In this document: piece after piece, positions 62,530-64,000 of the stretch
How positions within the stretch are numbered: the stretch's first letter is position 1
Layout of the letters: every line of letters begins with the position of its first letter
Source: Balanoglossus misakiensis
Taxonomy: Eukaryota; Animalia; Hemichordata
Length of the DNA: 64,000 nucleotides
Reading direction: 5' to 3'
Assembly: GCA_040954595.2 (NCBI GenBank)
Contig: CM082595.2
Span: 4,552,137 to 4,616,136, forward strand
The notes under the pieces: generated by a model
The model's input: only the letters and a program-made list of their open reading frames with translations
Told to the model about the DNA's origin: nothing
The model's database searches: none
Program-made: the position numbers and the translations under genes

Positions 62530-62790
62530 CGCCTGATTGGCAGCTACGAACGCCCGGGCCAATCAGCGCCGGCGGCGACAATGGCCGCCATTAGCGCCGG
62601 CCAATCGCCGCGAAGTGGTCGCGAGCCCCAGCCACACGCCTCTTGGAAGCAACTCGATGCCTGGACGCTGATTGGCTGAGTGTACAAGAATGTGGTGTGG
62701 GAACAGATTGCCAAAAAAATTCACACGAGCCGTTCGCATGCGGAGGAGGCTATAAATACAAACAGTGCAGAGGATTTCTCACAGTTCGGT
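62530..62790 (+). promoter_or_regulatory. HES proximal promoter: CCAAT boxes, Su(H)/CSL paired site (SPS), N-box, TATA
   Basis: CCAAT/ATTGG at ~62536, 62559, 62601, 62671; TGTGGGAA 62696-62703 + 16 nt + TTCACACG 62720-62727; overlapping N-box CACGAG 62724-62729; TATAAATA 62751-62758. Confidence 0.9.
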
Positions 62791-62886
62791 CACAGACATT
62801 CACTGAGCAACTACCTCGGACATAGCTCTGTGCCTCGCATACCTATACACATTATACCTTTGGAGTGTATTGCTATTCCTAGCAAC

Positions 62887-62931
62887 ATGCCTGCAGACAA
62901 ACCAGTCACCAAAGCAAGCGAAACTCGCAAA
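62887..62931 (+). CDS. HES1: Hairy/HES1-like bHLH-Orange repressor, coding exon 1; model join(62887-62931,63083-63178,63448-63535,63660->64000)
   Basis: caacATGcct; MPADKPVTKASETRK followed by gtaagt donor (HES1-type MPAD start). Confidence 0.9.
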
Positions 62932-63082
62932 GTAAGTACCAACTAGTGATTTTCCTGGCAATTTCTCAAATCCTGGAGAAACTTTCCAGTACCTCCCGCT
63001 GTACGTGTATGTGTTCACTCAGAGCGAATCTGATATCCTGAACAGGTAAACTTACAAAACACCCACTTTGCTTTCCTTACAG

Positions 63083-63178
63083 TCCTCGAAGCCAATCATG
63101 GAAAAGAGGAGGCGAGCGAGAATCAACGAAAGTCTCTCCCAGTTGAAGACTCTGATCTTGGACGCAATGAAAAAAGAT
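63083..63178 (+). CDS. HES1: HES coding exon 2 (basic region with conserved Pro, helix 1)
   Basis: ttccttacag acceptor, gtaagt donor, 96 nt: [32 protein letters not shown]. Confidence 0.97.
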
Positions 63179-63447
63179 GTAAGTATCTGCCCTGCTTTGA
63201 TTTTCCGTGCGGTCTCTGAAAAAAAAATCCGACAGCCCGAGTTCGGTGCATTCCAATAGACCGACAAGTGGCCAGCGAAGTGTATAGACATTTGCCCATT
63301 CATCACCAATGCACTGTAAATGCGTACCTAAGGTATAGCGCTAAGTGGACGCCAGGGGATCATTTTACACCGTTCTCACGCTTCTTACTTCACATTTTCT
63401 CGAGTCGATTCTAACCTTCTTTTCCTTTTTATTTTTTTGTCAAACAG

Positions 63448-63535
63448 AGCTCTCGCCATTCTAAGTTGGAAAAAGCCGATATCTTGGAAATGACAGTGAA
63501 ATACCTGAGAAACGTCCAAAGACAGCAAATGAATG
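63448..63535 (+). CDS. HES1: HES coding exon 3 (loop, helix 2)
   Basis: caaacag acceptor, gtaggt donor, 88 nt: [29 protein letters not shown]. Confidence 0.97.
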
Positions 63536-63659
63536 GTAGGTATTTAATTCTAAGTTTCGGCACTAGAAATCTACTTGAATCGATTTCAATTTCGCGTTTA
63601 TTTCACACATTTTGTGTATTTCATGTGATTCTAATGGATATTTCTCTTCGCTTCTACAG

Positions 63660-64000
63660 CTGCCCTGTCACAGGATCCAACCGTCTTGAGCAAATACCGT
63701 GCTGGATTTAACGAATGCTTCGGCGAAGTTCAACGCTATTTGACCAGCTTCGAAGGAATTCCTTCAGACTGTCGTTCCCGTCTCCTTGGACACTTGGCAA
63801 ACTGCTGCCAGAACATGAGCCAGAGTTACAACGTGCAACAAGTGCCCGCCGCGTCACCCTTAGCCGCCCAGGCCGCTGTCACCCCGTCCCAGGGGGCCGC
63901 GATGACGCCGGCCGGACTTGCCGCCGCCAGCTCGGTGCTGCAGATCACGCCGCCGTCAGCGATCGCCATGCAGAACATCACTCCCAAAATGGAAGTTACC
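63660..64000 (+). CDS. HES1: HES coding exon 4 (Orange domain and Ala/Pro-rich region), truncated by window; WRPW not visible
   Basis: cttctacag acceptor; [49 protein letters not shown]...; open to the window end. Confidence 0.95.

Noticed and set aside
62942-62953. ACTAGTGATTTT, matching the middle of miR-7, in HES intron 1
   Set aside because: Seed region absent and no precursor hairpin; a 12-nt coincidence.

Overview
Eukaryotic (animal) genomic DNA with GT-AG introns; a marine invertebrate, probably a deuterostome, is my inference from gene style only. There are three protein-coding genes. (1) A minus-strand multi-exon gene (ATG 3286, running off the left edge) encodes a signal-peptide-bearing JmjC/cupin Fe(II)/2OG dioxygenase fused to EF-hand-like motifs. 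(2) A minus-strand single-coding-exon class A GPCR lies at 6645-7790 and looks peptide-receptor-like. (3) A plus-strand Hairy/HES1-type bHLH-Orange repressor (ATG 62887, running off the right edge) has a canonical Su(H)/CSL paired-site promoter. The ~55 kb between the GPCR and HES has no recognisable gene. It contains a strong cluster of CSL sites near HES, several local duplications, a duplicated orphan TATA promoter module and several MITEs. It also holds a ~6.4 kb nested structure (26930-33334): TIRs with a TAA duplication enclose a ~4 kb 85-bp satellite built of TGACA-N6-TGTCA palindromes, plus a 207-bp foldback element (9-bp TSD) whose centre is an inverted copy of neighbouring DNA. All coordinates and counts were read by eye.
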